Below are positions 49,609 to 60,541 of a stretch of 64,000 nucleotides of DNA, piece by piece. Below the pieces are notes generated by a model. It worked only from the letters and a program-made list of their open reading frames with translations. It ran no database searches and was not told the DNA's origin. Position 1 is the stretch's first letter, and the number at the start of each line of letters is the position of its first letter. Source of the stretch: Spirochaetia bacterium (GTDB lineage: Bacteria > Spirochaetota > Spirochaetia > DSM-2461); the NCBI GenBank assembly GCA_963668315.1, contig OY764216.1, forward strand, positions 2,304,001 to 2,368,000. The letters run 5' to 3'. The position numbers and the translations under genes are program-made.

Positions 49609-52050
49609 TTACCCTACCAGTGCTTTGATGTGAATCTCCTTCCCTTTGATCTCTTCCAGGGGAAGGAGAGGACCGTCTATCTTCTTTCCGTTCCATTCCA
49701 GGATAATGTGATCTTTAGGGACGGCGCCGGGGGAGTTTTCCACGGTAATATGTATTTCCGTTCCCCTGAAGCGGCGGGTCACATCGAAGCCCTTCCACCC
49801 GGCGGGGATGACGGGTTTAATGATAAGGCCGTTATAGTCGGGACGGATTCCCAGTATGTACTGGGTGATGGCGTAATAGTTCCATGCCGCCGTTCCGGTC
49901 AGCCAGGAATTTTTTCCCTCACCCGGTTTCCAGGCCTCCTTTCCCGCTATCATCTGGCAGTAGGTATAGGGCTCCATCCTGTGCAGATCGGATATCTCCT
50001 CCAGGTAAGCGGGACAGATCTTTTTATAGTATTCGAAGGCCCGGTCACCCCGGCCCTCAATGACTTCTCCGATGATGATCCAGGGATTGTTATGGCAGAA
50101 AATTCCCCCGTTCTCCTTGTAGCCGGCCGGGTAGGTGCTGATCTCGCCGTACTCTATGCGGTATTCCGTAAAGGCGGGGCTGTTCAGGACGATGCCGTAT
50201 TCGCAGTCTAGATGCTCCTTGACCGAATCCAGGGCCTTCCGGCAGAGCCCCTCTTTTTTTCCGATTTCCGCCATGGTGCAGAATCCCTGGGATTCAATGA
50301 AGATTTTGGCTTCCCTGTCTTCGTTGGTGCCCACCTTCTTTCCGAAGAAATCATAGGCGCGGAGATACCATTCGCCGTCCCAGCCTTGCTCCATTACCGC
50401 CTTTTCCATATCCTCAATATGCTTCAGGCACTTTTCGGCCTGATCCGGCCTGCCCGTCAGTTCGCAAAGTCTGACAAATTCCCGGCCGTAAAGGACAAAA
50501 AGACCGGCGATCATGACCGATTCCGCCGTGCCTCCCTCCTTGTTCTCCGTCGTCTGGAAGGATTCGTTCGGGTCCTTTGAGAAGCAGTTCAGATTGAGGC
50601 AGTCGTTCCAGTCGGCCCGTCCTATGAGAGGAAGCCCGTGGGGACCGAGATGATTGATCACATGGTTGAAAGAAGCCGTCAGATGATCGAAAAGGGGAAC
50701 GGAATTCTTCTCGTCATTATTAAAGGGTACCGACTCCTCCAGAAGGGAAAAGTCACCCGTCTCCTTGATATAGGAGGCCACGGAGAGGATAAGCCAGAGC
50801 GGATCGTCATTGAAATTGCCGCCGATCGCGTCGTTTCCCCGTTTCGTCAGAGGCTGGTACTGATGGTAGGCCGATCCGTCTTCCAGCTGGGTGGCGGCTA
50901 TATCCAGAATACGCTCCTTCGCCCGGTCGGGAGCCTGATGGACAAAGCCGATAAGGTCCTGATTGGAGTCGCGGAATCCCATCCCCCGGCCGATGCCCGT
51001 TTCAAAGAAAGAGGCGGATCGGCTCATGTTAAAGGTTATCATGCACTGATACTGATTCCAGATATTCACCATGCGGTCCAGTTTCTCATCGCCGGAATTC
51101 AGAACATAGCGGGAAAGAAGGTCTTCCCAGTAAACGCGGAGTTCTTCAAAGGCCCTGTCCACCGCTTCGACGGTGGAGAATCTCTCGATCATCTTCCGGG
51201 CCTTGCTTTTGTTGATCACTCCCTTGGATTCCCATTTCTCCTCTTCCTCCATCTCCACATATCCAAGGAGAAAGATGAAATCCCGAGATTCTCCGGGCTG
51301 CAGCTCCACCTCCAGATAGTGAGAGGCTACGGGAGACCATCCGTGGGCTACGGAGTTTCCCGCCCTGCCATTCGCCACAGCCTGAGGATTATCAAAACCG
51401 TTGTAGAGGCCTATGAAGGATTCCCTGTCCGTGTCATACCCCTGAACCGGGACATTGACGCTGTAGAAGGCAAAGTGGTTCCGCCTCTCCTTGTATTCCG
51501 TTTTATGGTAGATCGCGGAGCCGTCGATTTCGACTTCACCTGTAGAGAGATTTCGCTGGAGATTGTTCATATCGTCTTCCGCGTTCCAGAGACACCACTC
51601 CTGAAAGGAGAAAAGTTTGATGTTTTTGACTTTGTCCGTGTTGTTGGTCAGAGTCATTTTCTGTACTTCACCCCAGAAATCGTTGGGTATGAAAAAGAGG
51701 ACTTCCGCTCTCAGGCCGTTTTTCTCCGAATCGAAGCGGGTGTAGCTCATGCCGTGGCGGCATTCGTAACGGTCCAGTTCGGTTTTCACCGGTTTCCATC
51801 CGGGGGACCAGACCGTATCTCCCTCTTTGAGGTAGAAGTAACGGCCTCCGTCATCCATGGGAACATTGTTGTAACGGTAGCGTGTCAGCCGTCTGAACTT
51901 GGCATCCCGGTAAAAGGTGTATCCTCCGGCCGTGTTGGAAATGAGGGAGAAAAAATCCTGGTTTCCCAGATAGTTTATCCAGGGATAGGGAGTCCGGGGA
52001 TTTTCTATGACGTATTCCCTGTTCCCATCATCAAAGTAACCGTATTTCAT
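49609..52050 (-). CDS. GH94 cellobiose phosphorylase
   Basis: 'MKYGYFDD...[10 protein letters not shown]', '[12 protein letters not shown]', '[11 protein letters not shown]', '[15 protein letters not shown]', '[11 protein letters not shown]'. 813 aa. Confidence 0.92.
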   Translation of the reverse strand: MKYGYFDDGNREYVIENPRTPYPWINYLGNQDFFSLISNTAGGYTFYRDAKFRRLTRYRYNNVPMDDGGRYFYLKEGDTVWSPGWKPVKTELDRYECRHGMSYTRFDSEKNGLRAEVLFFIPNDFWGEVQKMTLTNNTDKVKNIKLFSFQEWCLWNAEDDMNNLQRNLSTGEVEIDGSAIYHKTEYKERRNHFAFYSVNVPVQGYDTDRESFIGLYNGFDNPQAVANGRAGNSVAHGWSPVASHYLEVELQPGESRDFIFLLGYVEMEEEEKWESKGVINKSKARKMIERFSTVEAVDRAFEELRVYWEDLLSRYVLNSGDEKLDRMVNIWNQYQCMITFNMSRSASFFETGIGRGMGFRDSNQDLIGFVHQAPDRAKERILDIAATQLEDGSAYHQYQPLTKRGNDAIGGNFNDDPLWLILSVASYIKETGDFSLLEESVPFNNDEKNSVPLFDHLTASFNHVINHLGPHGLPLIGRADWNDCLNLNCFSKDPNESFQTTENKEGGTAESVMIAGLFVLYGREFVRLCELTGRPDQAEKCLKHIEDMEKAVMEQGWDGEWYLRAYDFFGKKVGTNEDREAKIFIESQGFCTMAEIGKKEGLCRKALDSVKEHLDCEYGIVLNSPAFTEYRIEYGEISTYPAGYKENGGIFCHNNPWIIIGEVIEGRGDRAFEYYKKICPAYLEEISDLHRMEPYTYCQMIAGKEAWKPGEGKNSWLTGTAAWNYYAITQYILGIRPDYNGLIIKPVIPAGWKGFDVTRRFRGTEIHITVENSPGAVPKDHIILEWNGKKIDGPLLPLEEIKGKEIHIKALVG

Positions 52051-53264
52051 GTAGCGTCTCCTTTTTCTATTACCCCATCGTGTGTATCTGCCGAAGGGTT
52101 ATCTCTATTATGGTTTATCGCAAAGTCTTCCAGGCCTTCCCGGCCTCCCGGCAGCAGCGGATTCTGCCTGTCCGGATTGAATACCTCCATCAGAGGCATG
52201 ACCGCCGCACCGTAGGACACGGCGTATTTTCCCCGCCGGGAGAGGGTGCAGCGGCATGATCCCATTCCCGGATAGGAACGGTGCCGGTCCAGAGCCTCTT
52301 TCATGAGTTCTTCCATTTCGGGCCAGTAGGGGCCTATGTCTCCGCCGAAACAGACTCTGTCCAGGTCCAGTGTATTGGCCAGAAAGGCCGTATGTCTGCT
52401 GATCTCTTCAAACAGATTCTGCCGGACGGCCTGATCCTTTCCGATTCTCAGAAGATCCTCATAGGCCAGGGTGAATTGGTTTTTCCGGTCCCCTTTCCAG
52501 CCCGTACTCAGGTACTCTCCCGCGCTGAACTGGCTTCCGTGGTAGACATTGTTTTTAAGAGAGAAGCCCATGCCCAGGGAAAAGCGTCCCGATTGCAGGT
52601 CCTCCCGGCTGAAGAGATCCGTCTCCAGGAGAAGAAAAAGTATGTTTTCTTCGGCCCGGTTCCTGTTGTCCATGATCTCTCCCCACGTACAGCAGTTGGC
52701 GTCATTCTCTATGATGACGCTGCAGGGCAGGGGAGGATCTATCAGCGTTTCCAGAAGGCAGTTGTTCCCTATGTCATGGAGAGCCGAATTAATGATTTCT
52801 CCCCTGTAGGGATCCACCATGCCGGGAAACCCCAGTCCCATGGCCATTATCGGGTAGGTAAGGGAAAAGCGCCTGTAGATATTATGAAGATTGTTCCCTA
52901 TCTCGCGGCGGAATCTCTCTCCCCTCAGATCCAGGGGAACAGTCTCGTTTGATATGATTTTTCCTTCCAGATCCACCAGGGTGGCGACAAGGGCTTCCGG
53001 CTGAATCTCTATGCCCAGAAAATAGGCGTATTCCCCCCGTATGCCCAGAGAAAGGGGCTTGCGTCCCCCCCGGGAGGAGGCATTGCCCTCGGAGAGGGTT
53101 GCCAGGATGCCCTTTTTCTCCATGCGGTTAACCATATGGGTTACGGTGGATTTATCCAGTTCCAGCCTCTGGGCCAGCTGCTTGCGGCTCAATCCTCTGT
53201 TCAGCCAGAGTTCCCTGAGAAGGCGGTTGGCGTTGTACTGGGCCGTTATCTGGCTAGCAGGCAT
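52047..53264 (-). CDS. ROK-family transcriptional regulator
   Basis: HTH '[17 protein letters not shown]', 'GGRKP', 'IENDANC'. ATGA overlap with the GH94 gene. Confidence 0.9.
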   Translation of the reverse strand: MPASQITAQYNANRLLRELWLNRGLSRKQLAQRLELDKSTVTHMVNRMEKKGILATLSEGNASSRGGRKPLSLGIRGEYAYFLGIEIQPEALVATLVDLEGKIISNETVPLDLRGERFRREIGNNLHNIYRRFSLTYPIMAMGLGFPGMVDPYRGEIINSALHDIGNNCLLETLIDPPLPCSVIIENDANCCTWGEIMDNRNRAEENILFLLLETDLFSREDLQSGRFSLGMGFSLKNNVYHGSQFSAGEYLSTGWKGDRKNQFTLAYEDLLRIGKDQAVRQNLFEEISRHTAFLANTLDLDRVCFGGDIGPYWPEMEELMKEALDRHRSYPGMGSCRCTLSRRGKYAVSYGAAVMPLMEVFNPDRQNPLLPGGREGLEDFAINHNRDNPSADTHDGVIEKGDAT

Positions 53265-53282
53265 GAAGCGTAATCTTTATAG

Positions 53283-53331
53283 TTGGTTTAATCATTCAAC
53301 CAAAGATAGCACAAAAAAATCGGCCGGTCAA
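53283..53331 (-). promoter_or_regulatory. Sigma70 promoter (TTGACC-17-TATCTT, extended TG) with an overlapping palindrome ttggtt-N9-aaccaa
   Basis: Minus-strand -35 at 53331-53326 and -10 at 53308-53303. Palindrome ttggtttaatcattcaaccaa at 53283-53303. Confidence 0.65.
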
Positions 53332-53358
53332 CTCAGTGTTGAACCGGCCTCAAGAAAC

Positions 53359-55482
53359 TTAGCAGATCAGGGAAAAATCTTTCTGAAGGGGAGCCGCACC
53401 ACCCAGTTCCAAAGCTCTCGGAACAGGTGCGGACCCGGCCAGGGTTGCTGTAAAGCGGCCCGACTGAAGGACCTCCTTTCCCTCATCGTCGAAGAGGGTT
53501 AAATCCTCCCCTCCCAGGGTGAAAGAAATCTCCTTCGTTTCTCCCGGTTTCAGGGAAAGGCGTGAAAAATCCTTGAGAGAGAAGAGGGGCGTTCGGAAAG
53601 GCCGGTCCAGGGCGGTCAGGTAGAGCTGAACCACTTCTTCCCCTTCCCTTGTTCCCGTATTGGTTACTTGCGCCGTCACCGTCAGCTTATCCTCCCTGCC
53701 GACCGCTTCCTTTGAGAGGGACATCCGGGAATAGGCGAACTGCGTATAGGAGAGTCCGAAACCGAAGGGATACTGGGGCTTTTTCTCCATATAGCGGTAG
53801 GTGCGACCCTTCATGGAGTAGTCTTCAAAGGGAGGGAGATCTTCCAGACGGGCCGGGAAGGTGATGGGAAGGCGGCCCGAAGGATTGATATCGCCGAACA
53901 GGATATCGCTCAAACCGTTTCCTCCCTCTTCTCCGGGATAGCAGCACCAGAGCACGGCGTCGGCCAGTTCATGCACTTCGTCCAGAATGAGGGGACTGCC
54001 GGAGATGACAACTACAATAAGTTTGGACTTTCTCTGGCTCACCTTTTTCAGGAATTCCAGCTGTTCGCCGGGGAGTTTGAGGTCAAGGCGGTCGCCCAGC
54101 ATGGAGGAGGCGATGGAATCCCCCTCTTCTCCTTCCAGCCGCTGGTCCAGGCCCATGACGGCGATGGTGTACTCGTAATTGTCCGCCTCGTAAACGGCCC
54201 ATTGGATGGGGTTCTCATTGGGATGGTCTATCATGACGCCCGGCCGGTATTCCACTGTCGTGCCCGAGGAAACCCGGGCGGAGATTCCTTCGAAGGGCGT
54301 AACGATGTGGGGGTTGCTGCCGTAATAGTTGCCGATCATCGCCTCTATGTTGGCCGCATTGGGCCCGAGCACCTGGATTTTCTTGATCCCTTCGCCCAGG
54401 GGAAGGATATGGTTGTCGTTTTTCAGAAGAACCACCGATTGGGCGGCGATTTTCCGGGCAAGGGAGCGGTGTTCAGGACAGTCTATGACGCTTTCTTCGA
54501 TATTCTTCCAGGGATCTTCCCCGGGGGGATCGAACATGCCCAGTCTGATGCGGGACCGAAGGGCTCTCCGCAGGCAGGTATCCACGTCCGATTCGCTTAT
54601 CAGCTTCTGTGCCAGGGCCTCCGTCATAAGGGAATAGGTGCTGCCGCAGTTTATGTCGCAGCCGTTCTTCAAAGCCAGGGCTACCGATTCTTCCGGGGTT
54701 TTCGTTATTTTATGGGTTTCGTGAAAATTCTGTATGGCCCAGCAGTCGGAAACCACATGGCCCGAAAATCCCCACTCTTTCCTGAGGATTTTCACAAGAA
54801 GGGTTTCGCTGCCGCAGCAGGGTTCGCCGTTCGTTCTGTTATAGGCGCCCATCACTGCTTCCACATTCGCCTTGGTTACCAGATCCCGAAAGGCGGGAAG
54901 ATAGGTCTCCCGCAGGTCTTTTTCGTCTACCCGGGCGTCGAACTCATGGCGGAGGGACTCCGGTCCCGAATGGACGGCGAAATGCTTGGCGCAGGCGGCG
55001 GCTTTCAGCTTTTCCGGATGGTCTCCCTGCAGCCCCCTTACGAAGGACATGCCCAGCCTGCTCGTCAGGCAGGGGTCTTCCCCGTAGGTTTCCTGGCCCC
55101 GGCCCCAGCGGGGATCGCGGAATATATTGATATTGGGCGTCCAGTAGGTCAGTCCCATATATTGACCCCTGTTGCCTTCGGATACCGCCTTATAGTATTT
55201 GGCCCGGCCCTCGTCGGATATCGCTCCGGCTATCTCTTCCATCAGTTCCGCATTAAAGGCGGAGGCCATGCCCAGAGCCTGGGGAAAGATGGTGGCCCGC
55301 CCGGCCCTGGCTATCCCGTGGAGGCATTCGTTCCACCAGTTGTACGCGGGAATCCCCAGCCGGGGAATCGCCTTGCTCGTATAGAGAAGCTGAGATGTTT
55401 TTTCCTCAAGGGTCATCTCATTTATCAGGCTTTCTATACGCTCTTCCACGGGCAGAGACGAATCAAACCATTTTTGTTCCAT
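53359..55482 (-). CDS. GH3 beta-xylosidase/beta-glucosidase with a C-terminal Fn3-like domain
   Basis: 'WWNECLHG', 'RDPRWGRGQETYGEDP', 'KHFAVHSGPE', nucleophile 'VVSDCWA', 'EGEEGD', 'YPFGFGLSYT'. Confidence 0.93.
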   Translation of the reverse strand: MEQKWFDSSLPVEERIESLINEMTLEEKTSQLLYTSKAIPRLGIPAYNWWNECLHGIARAGRATIFPQALGMASAFNAELMEEIAGAISDEGRAKYYKAVSEGNRGQYMGLTYWTPNINIFRDPRWGRGQETYGEDPCLTSRLGMSFVRGLQGDHPEKLKAAACAKHFAVHSGPESLRHEFDARVDEKDLRETYLPAFRDLVTKANVEAVMGAYNRTNGEPCCGSETLLVKILRKEWGFSGHVVSDCWAIQNFHETHKITKTPEESVALALKNGCDINCGSTYSLMTEALAQKLISESDVDTCLRRALRSRIRLGMFDPPGEDPWKNIEESVIDCPEHRSLARKIAAQSVVLLKNDNHILPLGEGIKKIQVLGPNAANIEAMIGNYYGSNPHIVTPFEGISARVSSGTTVEYRPGVMIDHPNENPIQWAVYEADNYEYTIAVMGLDQRLEGEEGDSIASSMLGDRLDLKLPGEQLEFLKKVSQRKSKLIVVVISGSPLILDEVHELADAVLWCCYPGEEGGNGLSDILFGDINPSGRLPITFPARLEDLPPFEDYSMKGRTYRYMEKKPQYPFGFGLSYTQFAYSRMSLSKEAVGREDKLTVTAQVTNTGTREGEEVVQLYLTALDRPFRTPLFSLKDFSRLSLKPGETKEISFTLGGEDLTLFDDEGKEVLQSGRFTATLAGSAPVPRALELGGAAPLQKDFSLIC

Positions 55483-55578
55483 AGGGACTCCTTTCAGTCA
55501 TAATCAAATGAGCCTGGTTTACTGTATAAAGTCTCTTAATTATAGTGTTCCCCATTGAAGTCACACAGGTAACATATT

Positions 55579-56352
55579 ATGATATTCTTGAGTGATATTG
55601 ACATGGGGGAGAGTGGCTTGGGACAGGCTGATTTTTATTTCGGCTACCTTAACAGGGATTTCAGACGCCATTGTCACGACTGTTTCGAGTTTCACTATGT
55701 TCTGAAGGGAAACGGCTTCTTCCGGCAGGCCGGGGTGGATATTCCCTTTCTGCCCGATAGCTTTCACATCTCCCGGCCCGGAGAGGAACATGCCCTTATC
55801 ATAGAAGGGGAGCTCACCTTCTATTATATCCAATACAGACCGGACGGGGATGATCTCCCATTTCTCCTGGGGCTGGAAAGCCATTACGCCGTTCCCCGGG
55901 AGAGCCGCCATGATTTTTCCCGTATGCGCCTGCTCCTGGGGGAAGAGGGCCCTGCCGGTAGGGCAGGGGAGCATCTGCTTCTCTCCTTTCTCTACTCCCT
56001 GACCGCCGGAACCCACAGCAGCCGCTTTCAGCAGAAACCCCTGATTCAGGCCCATGAGTATATGATGGAAAATCTCTCCCATAAAATCACCCTTCAGGAA
56101 CTGGCCGATCACGTCCATCTGGAAAAACACTATTTCTGCCGGCTCTTCAAGGTGGGCGCTCATATGTCTCCCCTGGCCTATTTTGAGCGGCTGAAGATGG
56201 ATGCCGCCTGCTCCATGATAGATCAGGGGGTACGGGGCTATCTGATCGCCGAATATCTGGGATTCTGCGACGAGACCTATTTCAGCCGCCGTTTCAGCAG
56301 GATTGTCGGAATGAGCCCGGGTGAGTACAGAAAGAACGGCCGGAAGAACTAG
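55579..56352 (+). CDS. AraC-family transcriptional regulator (cupin + HTH); start may be ATG 55603
   Basis: 'HCHDCFEFHYV' cupin, 'YFCRLFK', 'GFCDETYFSRRF...GMSPGEYR'. Divergent from GH3. The ORF-track ATG falls within a TTGAAG-17-TATGAT promoter candidate. Confidence 0.88.
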   Translation: MIFLSDIDMGESGLGQADFYFGYLNRDFRRHCHDCFEFHYVLKGNGFFRQAGVDIPFLPDSFHISRPGEEHALIIEGELTFYYIQYRPDGDDLPFLLGLESHYAVPRESRHDFSRMRLLLGEEGPAGRAGEHLLLSFLYSLTAGTHSSRFQQKPLIQAHEYMMENLSHKITLQELADHVHLEKHYFCRLFKVGAHMSPLAYFERLKMDAACSMIDQGVRGYLIAEYLGFCDETYFSRRFSRIVGMSPGEYRKNGRKN

Positions 56353-57059
56353 GCCTGCATGAAGGGATTGATCCGGATGGCGCTGGCGTAGAGATAGGGA
56401 TAGGCCTCCTTGAGGTAGACAAGATAGTGAACCCAGCCGGCGGCAAGGTTGCGGTAGACCCTTTCCATATCGACTTTCAGATGGCTTCTATCCTGATCGG
56501 AGAGTGCCCTTCCTTCCCGCTGATTGAGTTCTTCCAGCAGATGGAAGACGCTCATCAGGCTTTCGGTGAAAAGTTCATGCTCATGAAGGGCCTGATTGGT
56601 GAGCATATTCATAATGAGAGTCAGCTTTTCTTCGATTTTCAGCCGAAAGGGGGCGTAATCCGCCTTCTCCAGATTCAGGCTGAGCTTCTGGGCGGTCAGA
56701 TACTTGTTGAGGCCGTCATAGTCCTCCTCGTTCCAGTTCGCCTGTACTTCGGTCTTTTTCTGGTCAAGAGTGCCGTCATAACGGGACAGCATGGTCAACA
56801 GGGTACTGCCCAGCTCCTGGTAGAATAGGCCGACCATCATATTGGCTTTTTCCTTAAGCTGATCCTTTTCGCGTTTTTCTATGAATTTATCCAGTACGAA
56901 GGTGACGAAGAAGACTTCCAGGGGAATGAAGGCGATGTCTCCCCACAGATAGATGACCAGATGGTGGAGATCTTTAAAAATCAGTAAATGGATAAGGTGC
57001 AGAATGGCGGACAGGCCGATAAGACCCAGTCCCAGAAAGAGGGTTCGTCTTTTTTTCAT
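56349..57059 (-). CDS. Conserved-looking hypothetical membrane protein
   Basis: Two N-terminal TM segments ('GDIAFIPLEVFFVT') and a helical C-terminus ending 'YPYLYASAIRINPF'. Confidence 0.75.
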   Translation of the reverse strand: MKKRRTLFLGLGLIGLSAILHLIHLLIFKDLHHLVIYLWGDIAFIPLEVFFVTFVLDKFIEKREKDQLKEKANMMVGLFYQELGSTLLTMLSRYDGTLDQKKTEVQANWNEEDYDGLNKYLTAQKLSLNLEKADYAPFRLKIEEKLTLIMNMLTNQALHEHELFTESLMSVFHLLEELNQREGRALSDQDRSHLKVDMERVYRNLAAGWVHYLVYLKEAYPYLYASAIRINPFMQA

Positions 57060-57128
57060 ATTTCTTCTCTTTTATCGATATGATTGGATTTCCCTCCGGC
57101 TTCGGCGCCGGAAAAAGGGGAGGGATAA

Positions 57129-57156
57129 TAAAAAAGCCCGGGCCAGGACCCGGGCT
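57129..57156 (-). terminator. Intrinsic terminator of the arg operon
   Basis: Minus strand agcccggg-loop-cccgggct followed by a T-run. Confidence 0.75.
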
Positions 57157-57176
57157 CCAGTCAGCAGGACCGGTTT

Positions 57177-58460
57177 TTATTTCTCGTGAAAAGTGGCGGC
57201 CACGTTTTTCATTTCCACAGCCTGACCGGAATCGTCCTGAAGTTTCTTGTGTACCATGGCGGTAACACCAGTGGAGAGTCCGAAGAGGTTAATAAAACCT
57301 TCCGCATCGTGATGATCGTAGCTTGACTCGCCGAAGGAGGCCAGATCTTCCAGGTAAAGGGCGTAGGGGGATTTACGTCCTACCACCGTAGCATTTCCCT
57401 TATACAGGGAGAGACGTACCGAACCGGTGGTGAACTCCATGGTTTTCTTCATGAACTCATCCAGGGCCTGGCGAGAGGTGGTGTACCACTTTCCGGCATA
57501 AACCAGATTGGAATACTCGCAGGAAAGCATCTGCTTCAGATGAAGGGCGTCAAAGTTGATAGTGAACATCTCCAGGTCGCGCAGAGCCTTATGCAGGATG
57601 GTACCGCCGGGAGTTTCGTACACACCGCGGCTCTTCATCCCGACCATACGGGTTTCCACGATATCCACCCGGCCGATACCGTTGGCGGCGGCCACGGTAT
57701 TCAGCTTCTTGAGCAGTTCAAAGGGAGCGACTTTCTCGCCGTTCATTCCCACGGGGATACCCTTCTCGAACTCAATGGTGATTTCCGTCTCCTCATCGGG
57801 AGCTTCCTTGGGGGATTTGGTCAGCTGGAACATGCTCTCCTGGGGTCTGTTCCAGGGATCTTCCAGATCGCCGCCCTCGTGGCTCATGTGCCAGATGTTC
57901 CAGTCACGGGAGTAGATATTCTTTTTGGAGATATTTCCGATGTTGATATTGTGGTTCTGGGCATATTCGATGGCGTCTTCACGGCTTCTGATATCCCAGA
58001 TTCTCCAGGGGGCGATGACCTTGAGGTGGGGAGCCAGCGCTTTGTAAGTCAGCTCGAAGCGGACCTGGTCGTTACCTTTACCGGTACAGCCGTGACAAAG
58101 GGCGTCGCAGCCTTCCTGAAGGGCGAAATCAACCTGATATTTGGCCTGGAGGGGGCGGGCGATGGAAGTACCCAGCAGGTACTGTCCCTCGTAGATGGCT
58201 CCGGCACGCAGCATGGGGAAAATCATTTCAGAAGCCAGTTCGTCTCTGATATCGGCTGCCACGAATTTGCTGGCACCCGCATTGAGAGCCTTGGCTTCCA
58301 TGCCCTCCCAGTTCTCGTCCTGTCCCACGTTGGTGCAGATGGCCACTACTTCGGCATTGTTGTAGTTTTCCTTCAGCCAGGGGATGATTATGGACGTATC
58401 CAGTCCGCCCGAATAGGCCAGACAGATTTTTTTGATTTCGTCGTTTTTCACTGTACTCAT
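57177..58460 (-). CDS. argG: Argininosuccinate synthase
   Basis: 'LAYSGGLDTS', 'YLLGTSIARP', 'HGCTGKGNDQVRFE', 'GMKSRGVYETPG'. Confidence 0.97.
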   Translation of the reverse strand: MSTVKNDEIKKICLAYSGGLDTSIIIPWLKENYNNAEVVAICTNVGQDENWEGMEAKALNAGASKFVAADIRDELASEMIFPMLRAGAIYEGQYLLGTSIARPLQAKYQVDFALQEGCDALCHGCTGKGNDQVRFELTYKALAPHLKVIAPWRIWDIRSREDAIEYAQNHNINIGNISKKNIYSRDWNIWHMSHEGGDLEDPWNRPQESMFQLTKSPKEAPDEETEITIEFEKGIPVGMNGEKVAPFELLKKLNTVAAANGIGRVDIVETRMVGMKSRGVYETPGGTILHKALRDLEMFTINFDALHLKQMLSCEYSNLVYAGKWYTTSRQALDEFMKKTMEFTTGSVRLSLYKGNATVVGRKSPYALYLEDLASFGESSYDHHDAEGFINLFGLSTGVTAMVHKKLQDDSGQAVEMKNVAATFHEK

Positions 58461-58479
58461 ATAATACTCCTTTCGGCGA

Positions 58480-59688
58480 TTAAGCCGATAACACTTCTTT
58501 TATAGATTCTTCGAGAAGGGCGATGCCTTCCTTAATTTCCACTTCGGTAATGACCAGGGGGGGGGCCAGACGGATCACATTGCTGCCGGCCCGGAGAATC
58601 AAAAGTCCCCGGGAGCGGGCTTCGGTGATGATATCCCCGATTTTTCCCGCCTGTTCCTGGTCATCCAGAGCGAGTCCCATCAAGAGACCGGCTCCCACCA
58701 CATGGCACTTAAGGCCCAGGTTTTCTCCCGTTTTCCTGAGCTCTCCCGCAAGGATCTCTCCCTTTTTGCGCACATCGGCCAGGAATGTCTCATCGGTGAG
58801 GATGTCCCAGACATAGGAGCCGATGGCGGTGGTGACCGGGCCGCCTCCGAAAGTACCGCCGTGGTCGCCCAGATGAACCAGTTCGTTCACCTTTTCGGGG
58901 ATCAGGGTGGCCGACAGGGGCAGTCCCGCCGCCAGGGGTTTGGCGAAGGTGACAATATCCGGCTTAAGCCCGCTCAGCTTGGAGGAAAAGATCTCCCCGC
59001 ACCGGCCGAGGCCCGCCTGCACTTCGTCGGCAATAATCAGTATGTCCTTCTCGGCGCAGATGCTGTTGAGGGCGGCGGCGAACTCCTTCGTCATGGGGGT
59101 GCATCCCCCTTCGCCCTGCAGGGGCTCCACAATCACGGCGCAGAATTTATCGGTCAGCACCTCTTTCAGCTGCTCTACGTTATTAAACTCGGCAAAATGG
59201 AAACCCGGTGCCATCGGCTCATAGGATTCCCGGTATTTCTGGGTGGACGTAGCCGCCAGAGCGCCCATGGTCCTTCCGTGAAAACTGCCGGTAAAGGAGA
59301 GAAAATGGAAGCAGTCGGGGCTTTTTTTCCTCTTCCCGTAGATGCGGGCGTATTTCAAAGCCGCTTCATTGGCTTCGGAACCGCTGTTTCCGAAATGAAC
59401 CGCGGCGAAATCGCCGGAGGCGACCATTTTTTCAGCCAGTTCCAGGGCGGGTTTGTTTGCATAGAGATTGGACACATGGATGAGTTTTTTCATCTGATCC
59501 GCCGCGATTTCCGCCAGATCATCACGGCCGTAGCCGAGGGCGTTTACCGCGATACCCGCCGCAAAATCCCTGTATCGATTCCTGTCCGCGTCATAAAGAT
59601 AGATACCTTCTCCTCGGTCAAGAAGAAGAAATTCGGAAGCGTAGTTCCGGGGGTAGGGTGGGTTTTTGACGATAGACGGTTGAATCAT
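58480..59688 (-). CDS. argD: Acetylornithine aminotransferase
   Basis: 'AGIAVNALG', 'NSGSEANEAA', 'SFHGRT', 'EPLQGEGG', 'DEVQ', PLP Lys 'FAKPL'. Located in the arg operon. Confidence 0.92.
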   Translation of the reverse strand: MIQPSIVKNPPYPRNYASEFLLLDRGEGIYLYDADRNRYRDFAAGIAVNALGYGRDDLAEIAADQMKKLIHVSNLYANKPALELAEKMVASGDFAAVHFGNSGSEANEAALKYARIYGKRKKSPDCFHFLSFTGSFHGRTMGALAATSTQKYRESYEPMAPGFHFAEFNNVEQLKEVLTDKFCAVIVEPLQGEGGCTPMTKEFAAALNSICAEKDILIIADEVQAGLGRCGEIFSSKLSGLKPDIVTFAKPLAAGLPLSATLIPEKVNELVHLGDHGGTFGGGPVTTAIGSYVWDILTDETFLADVRKKGEILAGELRKTGENLGLKCHVVGAGLLMGLALDDQEQAGKIGDIITEARSRGLLILRAGSNVIRLAPPLVITEVEIKEGIALLEESIKEVLSA

Positions 59689-59744
59689 AGGGGTTCTCCT
59701 TTGGCTGTAAGGGCGACAGGAAGCCGATCAGCCTTTGCATTATA

Positions 59745-60527
59745 TTAAAGGGTAATTTCCGTACCCTTTTTATTCTCGATCATATCCTTAAGATCGCCGG
59801 AAGAGCGATAATCGGATATAACTATGGCCGAAACGCCTTTTTTCAAGGCTTCCAGGGAGGACTGCACTTTGGGAATCATTCCGCCGGTGATGATTTTATC
59901 TTCGATGGCGCTTCCGATTTCCCCTTCATCCATGGCGTGGATGAGGCGGCCCTCATTCAGTATTCCCGGTATGTCCGAGATAAATAGCAACCGCGAAGCA
60001 TTGAGGGCTTCCGCCACTCCCAGGGCCGCTTCATCGGCATTGATATTGATGCCCCGTCCCTCATTGTCATAGGAGACGGAAGAGATGATGGGCATAAACC
60101 CGTTTTCCCAAAGCAGAGTGACAAGGGAGGGATCGCAGCTGGCAATACTGCCGCTTCTGTTCTCCTTTCCCAGGCAGGGGCCGAAGCTCTTTCCCGAGAA
60201 AAGGGCGCCGTCGCACCCCGAGATTCCCACGCTGTTCAGTCCGGCCTTGCGGAAGAGACGCACCAGGTATTTATTCATTTTTCCGGCCAGACCCATGTCC
60301 ACGATATCCATCTCCTCGGGGGCGGTTATCCGTTTCCCGTCGGCAAACAGGGGTTCAATACCGTATACTTTCTGTATGGAGGAGACGGCGGCGCCTCCTC
60401 CGTGGACGAGAAGCATTTCATATTTCTGTGAGAGGGAAGCCATCTCTCCGGCAAGGGAGAACAGGGCTTTTTCCTCTTCGGCGGCCCGACCGCCGATTTT
60501 TATGACAATCCGTTCTTTATCAGCCAT
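59745..60527 (-). CDS. argB: Acetylglutamate kinase
   Basis: 'VIKIGG', 'VHGGG', 'NINADEAA', 'ITGGMIPKV'. Confidence 0.95.
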   Translation of the reverse strand: MADKERIVIKIGGRAAEEEKALFSLAGEMASLSQKYEMLLVHGGGAAVSSIQKVYGIEPLFADGKRITAPEEMDIVDMGLAGKMNKYLVRLFRKAGLNSVGISGCDGALFSGKSFGPCLGKENRSGSIASCDPSLVTLLWENGFMPIISSVSYDNEGRGININADEAALGVAEALNASRLLFISDIPGILNEGRLIHAMDEGEIGSAIEDKIITGGMIPKVQSSLEALKKGVSAIVISDYRSSGDLKDMIENKKGTEITL

Positions 60528-60541
60528 CTTTTCCCTGCTCC

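Noticed and set aside
50638..55503. Long plus-strand ORFs (525 aa at 50638, 510 aa at 53971), and similar ones opposite the RND, arg, ugpB and fapA genes
   Set aside because: They are antisense shadows of well-supported genes, as expected from codon bias, and show no protein motifs.
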